Assembly (NCBI RefSeq): GCF_036321535.1
Contig: NC_087437.1
Coordinates: forward strand, 80,292,001 to 80,356,000
DNA: 64,000 nucleotides
DNA from: Camelus dromedarius
Taxonomy: Eukaryota
Reading direction: 5' to 3'
Shown here piece after piece: positions 1 through 13,505 of the stretch. The notes below the pieces were generated by a model, which was not told the DNA's origin, ran no database searches, and worked only from the letters and a program-made list of their open reading frames with translations. Both the position numbers and the translations under genes were made by a program. Position 1 is the stretch's first letter. Each line of letters opens with the position of its first letter.

Positions 1-719
1 AACTATAATGCCCATCTGAGCGTCCCTGGCTTCTCTTCTACCCTGCACAGGACTCGCATTATGCATTGTGACCACAATGATCTAGAACTCTAGTTTTTTA
101 AAGAGGCAGGTAAATTTACTTTCCATCTTTCTCACAGCAGAAAGTAGAGCACTTACACGTTGATTTACAAATTTTAAAACCTTGAGTTGTTCGGTGTGAA
201 ATACAAAATAAGAAATATTAAAAGAAATACAAATAGTGCACATTCCATAACACCCCACTCTTGATCTGCAGCAGCTCAGTGATTTTCATGTCCCTGCATC
301 TGGATAATCTTATGGAAACCCCAACAAGGTGTCAACACAAGATGAGTAATGGTGTAGTGACTCAGACAGGAATAAGATGTCTCTGAATGAAAGAAAACAC
401 CATGCTCCAACCACAGGGAACCAGAAACAGGAGTCATCATGAGAGCCAAGAGGCAGCCTTGAAGTAGCACATCTGCCAGCTACCAAAAAATTTCCTAGGT
501 TGCAACTGAATTAAACTAGTGGCTGTCCTCTGAGTAAAGACTCCAGAAGACTCTAGTGTATAAGGTATGCTACTTACTCTGATCCTTTAAATAAGATTTC
601 CGTTTAAACATCCCTTTGTGGCAAGAATTTCCTAAGCTTCTGTTTTGCTACATGAGAGGACTATCTACCCATTGAGGGAGGGCCTGTGAATTCACAATAC
701 TTCTTCAGCTCTTGGGATG

Positions 720-1610
720 TAGCTGTGCTGGCTTCCAATGCTGGTACGTAATGCTGGCTTCCAATCCAACATTCCTTTGTTTCTTCTTGCTTATCAACCC
801 AATCCACGTATTAGAGGGTATACTAATACTCTTAGATAAAACTTATACAGGTATCCCCCACTTTTCGGAAGTTCACTTTATGCCACTTCGCGTTTACAAA
901 AGACCTATATTAGCACCTGTCTTCCGTGACCAAAAGAAATTCCAAGGGGATTCTGCTTTTATTAAAAGAGGCAAAAAGTGAAAATGGCATTCAGCGATTG
1001 TTTTGCAGCAGCTGTCACAGAGGCAGAGCACACCCAAGCAGCAAGGGTGGCCAACCAAGCTCCCTCCCCGGAAACTACACTCAGCATCTCAGCATCAAGC
1101 TGCCATACTCTGTGAGCATCTGTGCTTTGTCTCCATTTATTCTGTGCATCCATTAGCAAAAGGTGTCCTAAGGTAGTTTATTTGCTTTACAACATTTTGG
1201 TTTATAAAAACTTCGTAGAAATGCTCTACTTTCAGAAAGTGGGGGAAACCTGTACTTCCCAGCTTTCCTTACAGATAACGGCAGCAGAACATAGTTCTGG
1301 TCAATAAATTGTAAGCTGAAGTCGTTGGGTGGGGCTGCTAGAAAAATCCTTAGAAGATTCAGCTGGCATACATCTTTCTGCTCTTTCCCATTTCTCCTTT
1401 CTCATGTCTGAAATGTAGATACAAGGGCTGGGAAGGCAACTACAGCCATCATCTTGTAACCATGAAAAAAAGGCAAGAGAATCATAAACACTTCAGCCCC
1501 AACAGCCTTAAGCTGTTGAACCAACACCAACAAACATCAATCTCTGAGTTTCTTGTTACATGAGAAAATAAACCACTATTTAGTTAATTACTAACATTCA
1601 TGTTTACTAT
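720..1610 (+). mobile_element. Old ERVL-MaLR LTR (MLT1I/J-like), interrupted by a Tigger-like MITE at 848-1252
   Basis: Resembles MLT1 consensus blocks (cttcccagctttccttacag..., gtcaataaattgtaagctgaagt, cttgttacatgagaaaataaacc); boundaries approximate. Confidence 0.6.
848..1252. mobile_element. Non-autonomous TcMar-Tigger-like DNA transposon (MITE), 405 bp
   Basis: Terminal inverted repeats: left CAGGTATCCCCCACTTTTCGGAAGT versus reverse complement of right end CAGGTTTCCCCCACTTTCTGAAAGT; TA dinucleotide on both sides (846-847, 1253-1254). Confidence 0.85.
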
Positions 1611-1784
1611 TAAATGTACTTGATCAAAAAAATGTAGTTTAAATGGGAAATAACAGAAGTAATTAATATTCTGTACATGATCTATGATTTATCTTTCTTT
1701 TGCTGTACAAGGTATATGTGTGTATGTGTGTGTGTGTGTTGTGGGCTCACATCTACAAGTATGCTATGTTAACCCTTAGTTGAC

Positions 1785-1880
1785 GGTGTGTACTGAATGT
1801 TTGTGTCCCCTCAAAATTCTAAGTTGAAGCCCTATCTCCCAGATGTTGGTTTTTGGAGACCAAGCCTTTGGGAGATAATG
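1785..1880 (+). mobile_element. 5' fragment of MLT1A/MST-type MaLR LTR
   Basis: tgtactgaatgtttgtgtcccctcaaaattc...gttgaagccct resembles the MLT1A/B start. Confidence 0.55.
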
Positions 1881-1899
1881 AGGGTAAGGAGGATACAGA

Positions 1900-2100
1900 G
1901 TTGGATATGAATCCAGGATATCCAGCTCTAAATCATTAGTTCAATTATCTTGGGCAAAGTTACTTAACTCAGAATCTCAGCTTCCCCTACTATAAAATGG
2001 GAATATTAATAATACCCATTAAATGTAATGTTTACAAATCACTTAGAGTTGGACTGTGCAAAGAGTAAATAAATGCTCAATAAAAGCTGCTGTTATTATT
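1900..2100 (+). mobile_element. MIR SINE
   Basis: Core ttgggcaaagttacttaac...tataaaatgggaatattaataatacc and tail gctcaataaaagctgctgttattatt. Confidence 0.75.
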
Positions 2101-2227
2101 AATCATGATCATGATGATAATGATGCCCAAATTGGATAACTGCCTCTAAACTCACCATATCTGACAGCAGAAATGATATTCTGGTAGCAGGTGAGTGGTG
2201 GTCACATTTAGAAATTTTAAGTAAGAG

Positions 2228-2364
2228 ACAGTGGTTAAGAACCTGGGTTTGGAGGGCCAGATCTGGAGTCAGCATAGCTTCAACACTGCTATATACTATG
2301 AGTTCAAGCAAATTCTTACCTCTCTGATAATAATACTATATGAGGTTACTGGGAGGGTTAGAAG

Positions 2365-2425
<61 letters not shown>

Positions 2426-2455
2426 GGCTTAATGTGCCTAAGAAACCCAATAACT
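2228..2455 (+). mobile_element. Degenerate MIR SINE containing a (CA)n tract
   Basis: cagtggttaagaacctgggtttggagggccagatctgg start resembles the MIR head. Confidence 0.6.
2369..2422. repeat. (CA)27 microsatellite
   Basis: Perfect dinucleotide run read directly. Confidence 0.97.
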
Positions 2456-2744
2456 GGCATTAGTATTATGCATCAGATTTTTGAATAACTTGTTAAATTC
2501 ATAATACATTACAAAGCTTCCCACCACCCCATCTTCCTCTACCTGCTATTCCAACTTTGGCTCACATGGGTGAGAATCAGTGATCCTTTGGTTGAGTTCC
2601 CCATGAATAGCTTCATTAAAATGACCTAGTAAATATAATCTCATTCAAGGACAGATTCTCAACAACAAAAAGACTCAGAACACCTAAAATTAAATTAGCT
2701 GCTCCTATTGGACTGATCAAGATCCAAATAATAAATAGATTCTT

Positions 2745-3433
<689 letters not shown>

Positions 3434-4432
3434 TAGATTCTTAATTATTACTATAAACAGAGCCTGGAGAAATTAGGTTGAGTCAAAAAATTCACCCTAC
3501 TGCTTATTTAGATGTGTCTAAAAATTATAGGAAATTGAAAGACAACACTTCAGTTGATATAATAAAAGACAACCAAAAAAATTAACAATTGAAATAAAAA
3601 TTTAAGAAGCTAAATTATCCAAATTGAAAAATGGATTAAATTGAAAATAATTTAGATGTATAAAAAGAATCCATTTCTAGAGACAATACCTCAACCACAC
3701 TTTCCATGTTGCTTTTGTAGATAAAGACAAGTGACCTATATCTTCAGCTCATTGTCTGAAGGGAGCCAATAAAGGGAGCTCTTCTGGGACCTCCAAAAAT
3801 ATTTGAGGAGTTTTTAAAAGTAATATCACATCTGAGCTAGAAACACTGATTCGAGAATTGAACTTTGGCCCTGTGTTTAAGGTGTTCTGATTTTTAATCT
3901 CATAGAGCAAAAAAAAAAAAAGCATGCAAAATAAATTAATGTATCATAAATTATGGCTTGCCTGCCATTTACAGAAGCACAATGTTTGTTACCAACCCAT
4001 AGAGGTCCTGGGTGATAGAAACAAATTTTACTTTGTATGTAACTCCTCCCTTCCCTAAGGCTCCAAGAGAGATGAGGATTCTCTTTATTAAACAGGTTCT
4101 CACATTTCCAATTATGACACGATGAATTGATTGTGTAATAACATCCCTAACACTGAAGTCAACCTAACTTTGTTTTTGCTTCTAAGGGCTGTGGTTTTTT
4201 TTTTTTTTTCCATAACAACACAAGACAATACATGTTTACCCTTGAATTTTACCTTCTGAGCGCAGATCACTCACTTTCTTCTTGAATTTGTAGATTCAAA
4301 GAAAGGGAAAGGGACTTACCATTTAGAATAGCTTCAGGTTAAACTTTTGAGTATCTTATTTGGGAATGTTATTTTAGTATTGGATTGTTTTATAACCACT
4401 TATCAAATGATAAGTTAAAATTTGAGGCTCAA

Positions 4433-5367
4433 TAAGCACATGAAAAAATGCTCAGTATCACCAATCATCAGAGAAATGCAAAACTATAATAAAGTATCAC
4501 CTCATACCAGTCTGAATGGCCATCATTCAAAAGTCCATGAATGATAAATGCTGGAGAGGCTGTGGAGAAAAGGGAACCCTCCTACACTGCTGGTGGGAAT
4601 GTAGTTTGGTGCAGCCATTATGGAAAACAGTATGGGGATTCCTCATAAAACTAAAAACAGATCTACAATATGATCCAGCAATCTCACTTCTGGGTATGTA
4701 TCTGGAGGGAACTCTAATTTGAAAAAAATGCACCCCAGTGTTCATAGCAGCACTACTTACAACAGCCAAGACATGGAAGCAACCTAAATGTCCATGGACA
4801 GATGACTGGATAAAGAAGTTGTGGTATAGTTATATAATGGAATATTACTCAGCCATAAAAAATAAAATAATGCCATTTGTAGCAACATGGGTGGACTTAG
4901 AGATCATCATTCTAAGTGAAGTAAGCCAGAAAGAGAAAGAAAAATATCATATATCACTCATATGTGGAATCTAAAGAAGAAGAAGAGGAGGGGGAGGGGG
5001 AGGGGGAGGAGAAGAAGAAGAAGAGACACTATGAATTCATCTACAAAACAGAAACAGACTCATAGACATAATAAGTAGTCTTATGGTTACCAGGGGGAAG
5101 GGGATGGGAAGTGATAAATTTGGGAGTTTGAGATTTACAAATGTTAACCACAATATATAAAAACAGATTTTTAAAAAAGTTTCTTCTGTATAGCACAGGG
5201 AACTATGTTCAACATCTTATAATCACTTTTAATGAAAAAGAATATGAAAACGAATATATGTATGTATATGCATGACTGGGACATTGTGCTGTACACCAGA
5301 AACTGGTATGTTGTAACTGACTGTACTTCAATTTAAAAAATACAAAACTACAAAAATAAAATAAAAT
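4433..5367 (+). mobile_element. 5'-truncated LINE-1: ORF2 C-terminus (broken) plus 3'UTR and A-tail
   Basis: ORFs 4516-4722 ([18 protein letters not shown], the CCHC knuckle) and 4738-4974 ([19 protein letters not shown]) match the L1 ORF2 C-terminus; TSD AAAATTTGAGGCTCAA (4417-4432) / AAAATTCTAGGCTCAA (5368-5383). Confidence 0.95.
4974..5022. repeat. Perfect 49-nt homopurine mirror repeat
   Basis: AAGAAGAAGAAG-AGGA-G5-A-G5-A-G5-AGGA-GAAGAAGAAGAA reads identically in reverse. Confidence 0.95.
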
Positions 5368-5841
5368 AAAATTCTAGGCTCAAGGAGGCAAATTTGAATC
5401 TTCAAATCTTTCTGAGTGTCTTCTTTGCAACTAACTTGAATTAAGATTTTTCAGCTTAAATTTATATCTAGGATTGAGACCTAGCATGTTTATGTGGAAA
5501 AGCAATGGCTATGCTTAGTATAACTTTGAAATGGATTTTAATGGTGTTCTCCATATTGACTCACAAGCACACAGGGAATATATTTCACTCTTTCTTTTGC
5601 TCCTTATGTCTGTATCTGGTCTGCTTTTTATAGTAAGCTGTGAAAGATTAAAATAAATATTGTCCCTTTCTGTTAAGACCAAGAATAGAGTTGTCACTTC
5701 CAACTGATATTTATAAATGGAAGTATCAATTACCATCATAGAAGGAAGGATATTCACAGATGTTTCATAAATAACACTAATCCATTGGACTCTGCTCTAC
5801 AAACCAACATGATTCACCAGACAATCTAACTACGGGTTGCA

Positions 5842-6022
5842 TCAGGGCCACTAAATAATTTGCGGGGTTTGGTCAGAATGAAAATGAGGGACAAGTCCCC
5901 TTGTTCAAAAATTATTATGAATTTCTTGATGGTGACAGAGAAGCATTAAACTAAGCATGGAGCCCTACTGACACAGAGCCCTGTGCAACTGCACAGTTCA
6001 CATGCCCATGAAGCCAGTCCTG
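5842..6022 (-). mobile_element. hAT MITE, MER45A-like
   Basis: Ends cagggccac...taatttgc and gccctgtgcaactgcacag...catgaagccagtcctg resemble the MER45A reverse complement; ~180 bp. Confidence 0.7.
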
Positions 6023-6889
6023 GATCATACCTACCCTGTCAAAATTTTCTGCATTATGCTATTAACTATCTAGATAGTGCAAATGGGTGTTTACTATACA
6101 GGAAAGTTAAAGTGTTTTGTTTGTCTTTGAAAGCCCTTTGCCAGAGGATATGGATATTGTGTCATGTCCAATACCAAATAACACAGACACTTCAGAGTTG
6201 ATAGAAGGATCTACAGCTGAATGTAGCAGTCAGATGCCATCAAGACTCACAATCCCTTTCTGCACACATTTGTTATTTGCCAAGGACTCTCACATACCAG
6301 TCTTCTTTGCCAAGTCCCTCTACATCCCTATGATGAATTTGCATCCCGATGCAAATATGTCTTTACACAGGATCTAAGTGCAAACAATCTTATCAAACCA
6401 AAAGCCACGGGAAAATTCCACTCACTGATGATACTGGTTACTCTCTCCTCAGTGAAAGAATATCCAATCTTCTTGGATTTTACTACAAAAAGGGAATGGT
6501 CATAGTTGTTTTGTCTGCTTTTCTTGCTTTTTGTTTTTGTTTTCTGTGTTTTATGGTTAATGAGGCGGTAAGGAATTGTGTAGCAATGAGGCAGTCCTAG
6601 TGAGTGTCTCAGCAACTGTTTTGGCTGGAAGAGTTACTCTTGAAAAGCAATTCCATACAAAGGCCAAAGAAATGTACAGCGTTGAATTAAAAAGAGATGA
6701 ACAGGGAAGATGAAGGATAGACCAAGAGTGTTTCCAAGTGTAAAATCAATGCAAAGGCTGGACAGAGTGCTGTGGGCATCGATCACTTGGAGACATGGCT
6801 TGATGAAGCTGTGGGTAGACCAGAGGAGTGTTGTTTTTGCCATCAGGCCATGAGAAATCTCAGGATAAGGAACAGAATTTTAAAATATA

Positions 6890-7700
6890 AACAGTTCTTA
6901 AACCTTTAAAAGATGATTAACTTGAATCATAAGAAAGAAAAATACAAATCACAGTGCTGAACACTGGAATTTGACACAACATTGTAAAATGATTATAAAT
7001 CAATAAAAAATGTTAAAAAAAAATACAAATCACAACTGCACTGAGATACCATATCTAACCTACTAGACTGGCACAAATCCAAGAGTTGGGCAGCACATTC
7101 TGAGTGTCTGAAACAGACACTTTCATATGTTACTAGTGGGAGAGTCACGTAGTGCAATGCCTGTGGAGGGCTATTTGACTACAGGTATCAACTTAGAAAT
7201 TTACAAAGGGTATACACCCTTTCACCTAGCAATTCCACTTCTAGGAATTTCTTCTTAGACATATTTACATACATTAGAGATGACATATGCACAAGGATAT
7301 TTATTACAACATAGTTATAATAGCAACTCATATAGCTATTATTAGGAAGCTAGTTAAATAAATTAAACTGTACCGATAAAACAGAATGCTCACCAGCTGG
7401 ACAAAAGAATGAAGGTACATTCTATCTAGAGAAAAGAAAATGTACACAGTACACTCCTCAACTATATTAATAAGGCAAGATATTTGTATGTGACTATGTT
7501 TGCAGGGACATTTTCTGGAAGAAGACCCAAAAAACTAACAAAAAGTAATTAAAAATAGTTACCGGTGGGGAAGGGTGGGCATGGGAACTGAGCAGATGGA
7601 AGACAGGAGTGAGAAGGTTTACTCTATGTATGTTTGTAGCATTTGGATTTTAAGGCATATGAATAGATTTCCTATTTTTAAAATTAGAAATTTAAATAAA
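6890..7700 (+). mobile_element. Ancient L1 (L1ME-like) ORF2 end / 3'UTR
   Basis: Degenerate L1 motifs gagataccatat, cctagcaattccacttctaggaattt, gcacaaggatatttattacaac. Confidence 0.65.
6954..7018 (+). mobile_element. Very short young L1 3' tip (~65 bp) inserted in the L1ME
   Basis: gaatttgacacaacattgtaaaatgattataaatcaataaaaaa; perfect TSD AAAAATACAAATCACA at 6938-6953 and 7019-7034. Confidence 0.9.
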
Positions 7701-7749
7701 TGAATGCATGACCAAAAAGAAGAGAAAGATTAAAATACAGTAAGTTAAT

Positions 7750-7865
7750 ACAATCTACCCTCTTTGTACACAGAAGAAACTGAAGCCAAGTGAAGTGAAA
7801 TAACAACCCAAAATCCAAAGACAGCTAGTGGTAGACCCTGTGTTGGAACCAAGGAGAATCAGAGG
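7750..7865 (-). mobile_element. MIR SINE fragment
   Basis: cagaagaaactgaagcc...acagctagtggtagac...ggaaccaagg resembles the reverse MIR core. Confidence 0.65.
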
Positions 7866-8211
7866 ACTCTGCTGAAATGAGACACAGTAACACTCTTGTA
7901 TCTGAATCATCAAAGGTAGTAGGGTGGCCAGGGACACAAACTTGATATTTCTTATTGGTCAATATTTCTTATTCCTGAAGCTCTTGACATTGGAGTAAAT
8001 TTTGTGTTTGTATAAAAGTGTTTGAATTCTAATTGAAATTGCCAAGACCTATGTGACCACCATTTTTAATAAGAAAGAAAATTGCTAAAGACATGGAATA
8101 TATCAGACCAAAGTCTCAGGGATGAATAAGCAAAAAACAAAGCAAGAAGCTGAGTACTAGGGAGCTGAGGTACAAAAGTCAATTAAGAAGCAATAAAAGC
8201 CCCTGTGTCAA

Positions 8212-8523
8212 CACAGAAAACAAACTCATGGTTACCAGAGGGGGAAGGAGTGGGAAGGGATAAATTGGGAGCTCGAGATTTGCAGATACTAACTATTACA
8301 CATAAAACAGATAAACAGCAAGTTTCTTCTGTATAGCACAGGGAACTATATTCAACATCTTGTAGTAACCTATAGTGAAAAAGAATATGAAAATGTATGT
8401 ATGACTGAAACATTATGTTGTACACCAGAAATTGACACAACATTGTAAACTGACTATGCTTCAATTTAAAAAGAAGAAAGAGAGAGAAAAGGAAAAAGAT
8501 ATTTAAAAATACATAAATAAATA
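8212..8523 (+). mobile_element. Young L1 3'UTR fragment with A-rich tail
   Basis: Matches the 3'UTR of the 15445-16717 copy; TSD AAAAGCCCCTGTGTCAA (8195-8211) / AAAAGCTGCTGTGTCAA (8524-8540). Confidence 0.92.
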
Positions 8524-9559
8524 AAAAGCTGCTGTGTCAAGTCTTGGAGAAATCACCCCACCATCAAGCATGCTGCTTGGGACGGCAGCTGAGAGGGGCC
8601 ATAACGGCAGGGCTTGCACGCGGTGGTGACTTCCACAGGCAGTCCACACCTGGTACTCTCCTCTCCTTCTGCCTTTTTCCAACTTTATTCATTTCCTGAC
8701 ATTATTCATGCAAGAGTCTCTTTCTTCTGCTAAATCAGGAGGACAGAGGTAACGTCTTCTTCATTTTCATCACACTGTGAACTGTGCCCAGCACAGTGAC
8801 TTGAACATAATAGGCTCCTAGATTTTTAGAACTTTGGAAGCAGAAGGGTCTTTAGAAAATATCAAATCTGATTTTTTAAAACTTGTTTAAAATCAGAAAA
8901 TCCATTTTGAAATGAATAGCTATTTAGACTCCTCAACATAAAAAAAAATAAACTTTTTTTTTTTTAAGAGATGCTTTGGCTGAAAAGGAAGCAAAGGAGG
9001 GGAGAACAGACAAACATCAACTCACAATCATCTCCTTCCTGTTTCTCCTACAGCACCTCGGGGATCACAGTTTGGAAACTATGGATGCAGTGCAACCCCT
9101 TCATTTATTACATGAGGACATTCCTTAAAAGTGTTGTACACTGAATTGACACATCCAAGGCAGGGCTGGTGAGCTGCAATGGCTGTGACCACCATGTTCC
9201 CCTGACCTACACAGGGTGAGGTACGGGAGAGCAGAATCTGTGTAGGCTCTGGAAATACACATTCTCTTCTTTCCTTATGTAAATATTTGGAGGAGATCCT
9301 CATTAGGGATGGGAAACAACACCATTCTGCCTGGTTCTTAAATTTGGAATAATTTAAGTCCGCTTCAGGAGAAATGAGCTGGTGCAGGGAGAGTACTGAG
9401 GTAGTGAGCACCCAGCCTAATTCATCAAGTGCTATTCAGAGGCACCTCCTTATTTACCAGACTCATGCCAAAGCAGTCAGCACAGGGCTTAAGGGCTGTT
9501 CTCAAAGACCTGGTTAAGATTGTTTGAGCTTGCTAGGAATCCACAGACTATATGGGAAG

Positions 9560-10260
9560 TTAATCCTTTAGTACACTGTGTACAGCTAATGCACCTGGCA
9601 ATGTTTGGAAGTAGGGGACACATTAATAATAAATAAATGAGATCACTTCAAAGAGGGACAGGTGCTCTGAAGAAAATAAAACAGAAGGACGGTGTTGTAG
9701 ACAGGATAAGGGTAGTTATGTTGCAATAACAAACAACCCCCAAAATCTCAGTGTCATAAGACAACAAAGTTAGAGTTTTTCTTACGCATGATACCTGGGT
9801 AATGCCAAGGCTGATGAGAATCCACCATCACATCGCTTTTATCTATGTCCTATTGCCCAAAACTTGTCCCAGAGGCTTGCCTGACTGCAAGGAAAGTGTT
9901 ATCTTCCCAAGTGTCCCAAAGGGGAGAAGAACCATGGAAGAGCACACAAGATGGTGGGCAGCAGGGGACGCAAGGGCTGATTAGGGTGGTCTTGCAAAGG
10001 CCTTCTAAAGAGATGATACTTGATCTGAGATCTGAATGATGAGAGTGAACCCACCAAGTAAAAGCTACAGGAAAGGCATTTCAGGCAGAGGGAACAGCAA
10101 CTGCAAAAGGTTCTTAGGCCAAAACAAGTGTGCAAGGAAATAAATGAAGGCCAGTGTGACCAGTGCACCATGAGTGAGGAGAGAACAGTAGGTGATGTGG
10201 TCAGTGAAGCCAAAAGACGAAAAGCCTTAAGGATCATGATAAAAGATTTAGAGTTTGTCC
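9560..10260 (-). mobile_element. L2 LINE fragment interrupted by an old MLT1 LTR (~9695-9965)
   Basis: aaggccttctaaagagatgatacttgatctgagatctgaatga and ggaaaggcatttcaggcagagggaacagc are L2-like; gttatgttgcaataacaaacaacccccaaaatctcagtg is MLT1K/L-like. Confidence 0.7.
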
Positions 10261-11289
10261 AAAGAGTGTCCCAAACTCAAATGAACTAATGTTTCCTCTT
10301 TTTAATAAAAGCAAAAGGCCATCCTTATATTACACTAAAAATAAAAATTCACATTTTGTTTTTCAGTTTTCTGTTTCTCAGGCTAAACTGAGAACTTTAC
10401 CTTTTTCAATATTCACCTCAAGTTCACCTTTTTCTAAGCATGTGAAATACCACAGAACATCGTGACAGGATTTACAGTGTTTCCTGGAACTTCTTACCTC
10501 AGCTCTGTGTTTTCTCAGGCCTCACTTCAGAGTCTTGATCAGCAACCAGATCTATGCTCTTAGCTGCTGACAGAACACATATTCTCTGAAAAGACAAGAA
10601 ACGAGGAAGTTACCATTCTGAGAAAAAAAAAAAAAGAACAAATTTTATTTTCTTACCAGAGAAATATCTCTTCTCTGCTACTAGAGTCTAGTATTTTTAG
10701 AACTGAACCAAATATAGAAAGCTTTTTACTCCCTACGGGAATTATTTAGATTGATTAATGTTCTGGAGTTAATATTGAGTTTCCAGAGCAGCTTTCCAAA
10801 AAAGGAGATCATGAGAACTTTATCTTCCACACCACTTACCTTTATGAAAGCCTCTTCAAGTCCAAAATATTGTTTCCTGCTCTCCAACAAGGATAAACAT
10901 TTAATAAAACTGGGCAAATCTCTCTGGACTTCAGGTTTCTCATCTACAGAATAGGCCTCATCAGTCATAGAGAAAAGCCAAACGTTATGATGATAGACCT
11001 ACAGCTGGATGGGCTCCCTGGGAGGGCCCCCTCTTCCCACCTGTGGCCACGTTGGCTGCCTCACAAAGGCACCAGGCATTTTCTCAGTGGCCCAGTGCAG
11101 AAGTGAACTCAGCCCTACATCCTGCCTACCAGGAGGTTTTCCAGGCTGCTCAATGAAAGCCACTCACAAGAATAATCAGTGACTATTGTGTGAAATTTAC
11201 CTGAGCTCATCTGGTTAGGATATGTCACTGCAAGATTTTTGTTCAGGCAACTCTGCCACAGTGTCCCCAACATTCATCCTATATTAGAG

Positions 11290-11535
11290 CACAGTCGTTC
11301 AATCCGCAAATGTCGGAGTCAGGTCATCTGATATCCAATCACATTTCAGCCACTTAGTAGCTGTTATTCAACCTTCTACATTTCATTTCCCCTCACTTAT
11401 AAATGGGGAAATAGGGCTTGTATTCATCAGATTGTTGTAAGGATGATGACATATTTCATGTAAATCTGTCAGCATAGTACATGATCCATGGTAAGTCTCC
11501 GTAAACAGTAACTTTTATCATTATCATCATCATTA
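11290..11535 (+). mobile_element. MIR SINE
   Basis: ggagtcagg...cagccacttagtagctg...ataaatggggaaatag...ttgtaaggat. Confidence 0.7.
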
Positions 11536-12003
11536 TCATTATCAACAACCTTAAAGAGTGGAGGGTCACTACTTAAAAATGTCTCACATGCTTTGGGGGT
11601 GTCAATTAATCAATTTCTAGCTAGCAGGCTTGAACGTTTACAAATCATTCCGAAGAGTAGACTCAAACTAGGGAAGAAAGGCTGAAACTTCCTCCAGACA
11701 CTCAGTCTTCACTATGAGGAACTTCTTCCTTAGATATGCTTTTGATTTTTGCCCATCTCCTTTTGTTTATCCACGTGTTTGTGTTTTCCTTTCCTAAGTT
11801 AAGGTGAGGAATCTCTTTGGCACCACAACCCTTTACATCTGATGTTGGTTACTGGACAACTCTAAGACTTCTTTTCTGCTGGTTCCAGCATTGTATAATG
11901 CATGGAAACTGAAGGCAGGCTTTAGGTTCAAGATAATTCTATCTCATGCTATTGTGAAAATTAAATAATGTATTATGAAAGTGTGTGTAAACAGTAAGGT
12001 TCT

Positions 12004-12110
12004 TGAATATACGTATATTCGTGTATGACTGAAGAATTGTGCTGTACACCAGAAATTGATACAACGCTGTAAACTGACTATACCTCAATAAAAATAAATA
12101 AATAAATAAA
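12004..12110 (+). mobile_element. Short young L1 3' tip with (TAAA)n tail
   Basis: gtatgactgaag...tacaccagaaattgatacaacgctgtaaactgactatacctcaat; TSD TAAACAGTAAGGT at 11988-12000 and 12111-12123. Confidence 0.9.
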
Positions 12111-12786
12111 TAAACAGTAAGGTCCTGTTCAAATGTTAGTAATTATTATATTTACTATTTCCTTATATTCCTCAAACATTATAAAATTTTGTCACCCAAA
12201 TGATAGAAGTAACTGGGTTAACTAGTTTCACTAGTTTTAAGTGAGGTTAAGTTTTGGGTTGTCCTCTATTCTCCTACTTTTGACACCACAAGAAGTACCT
12301 TTGGGACAAGTCATAGAATCCAGATGAGCAACCAGCCACAGATGACAGCTAAAGGGCATAAGTGCATCATTTACTTCCTAAAATCTCTTCCAAATCATAC
12401 TAAATCCATAAAAAAACGCATAAATCCATAATAGATAAGATGCCAATATTGCTCCTCTGGTTCCACAGACAATAATCTCATGATTAGTAGCTTTTTCAGC
12501 TAAAACAATTCTCAAGACACACAATTTGGTCCCCCCAAATAAATCTTTTACCTGAATCACTCATATAACTATTTGTACCAGAAAATAATGTTTTTCTTTG
12601 TAAAACCCAAAATTACTAGGAATTCTTCAATGTTCTCCATCTGATATTGTTAGACACTCATCGTGCAGCATAAAGAGAAAAGGGAAGATGTAGGAGTTAT
12701 CTGAGCCTGTCTTACTGCTCCCTTCTTTTCCTTCTCTGATCGCAAACACCGTACTTTAGGCTCTTGTCATATCAAGAGTGGGTTAA

Positions 12787-12899
12787 GAAAAAGAACATGA
12801 AAACGAATGTATGTATGTATGTGTATGACTGAAACATTAAGCTGAGCAACAGAAATTGACACAACATTGTTAACAGACTAATCTTCAATTTAAAAAAAA
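12787..12899 (+). mobile_element. Short young L1 3' tip with poly-A
   Basis: Same 3' terminus; imperfect TSD AAGAGTGGGTTAA (12774-12786) / AAAAGTGAGTTAA (12900-12912). Confidence 0.88.
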
Positions 12900-13129
12900 A
12901 AAAGTGAGTTAATAGAAAAGCCTCCTAACCAGATCCCATGCCTGTATGTAAATTGCTGAGCACACAGCACACATTCTGTACACGTTAACTCCTTCTCTCA
13001 CACAACTCCATCCAGCTTCCATATTCATTTGCTAAAAAACTATATTACTATATCAGTTCATTCTTTTTACCTCTAAAATAGCCAATATATCATAAGCAGA
13101 CCATATCAGATTCAATAATTAAACATTTT

Positions 13130-13505
13130 TAATCTAAACATTGAAATTCTAAAAAATAGAAAAGCATATCAGCTCTTTGGAAGAATAATGTTTGATGCTT
13201 TGATTATGACAAAGTTATAAAGAGAAAACACAGTAATACATGAACTTTGTATTTATAATAAAAACAACCTAAAAATAAAATAGATACCAATATCTTCAAT
13301 AAATATTATTTGCAGAGGGTTCCCATCTATAGTACATAAGAAGTTCATGCAAAGCTGTGAGAAAAATCCATCAATATTCCAATAGATAAATTGGCAAGAC
13401 ACAAGTTGATAATTCATACAAGAAGAAATAGACTTTTCAAATAAATAAATGGAGGAAATGCTTAACATAGCTAGCAATAAAAAATAAATACAAATTAAAT
13501 GCTTA
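13130..13505 (+). mobile_element. Ancient L1 ORF2 fragment (L1M/L1ME)
   Basis: Degenerate ORF2-like A-rich sequence (aaatattatttgca, aaattggcaagacac, aaatgcttaacatagctagcaataaa). Confidence 0.5.
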
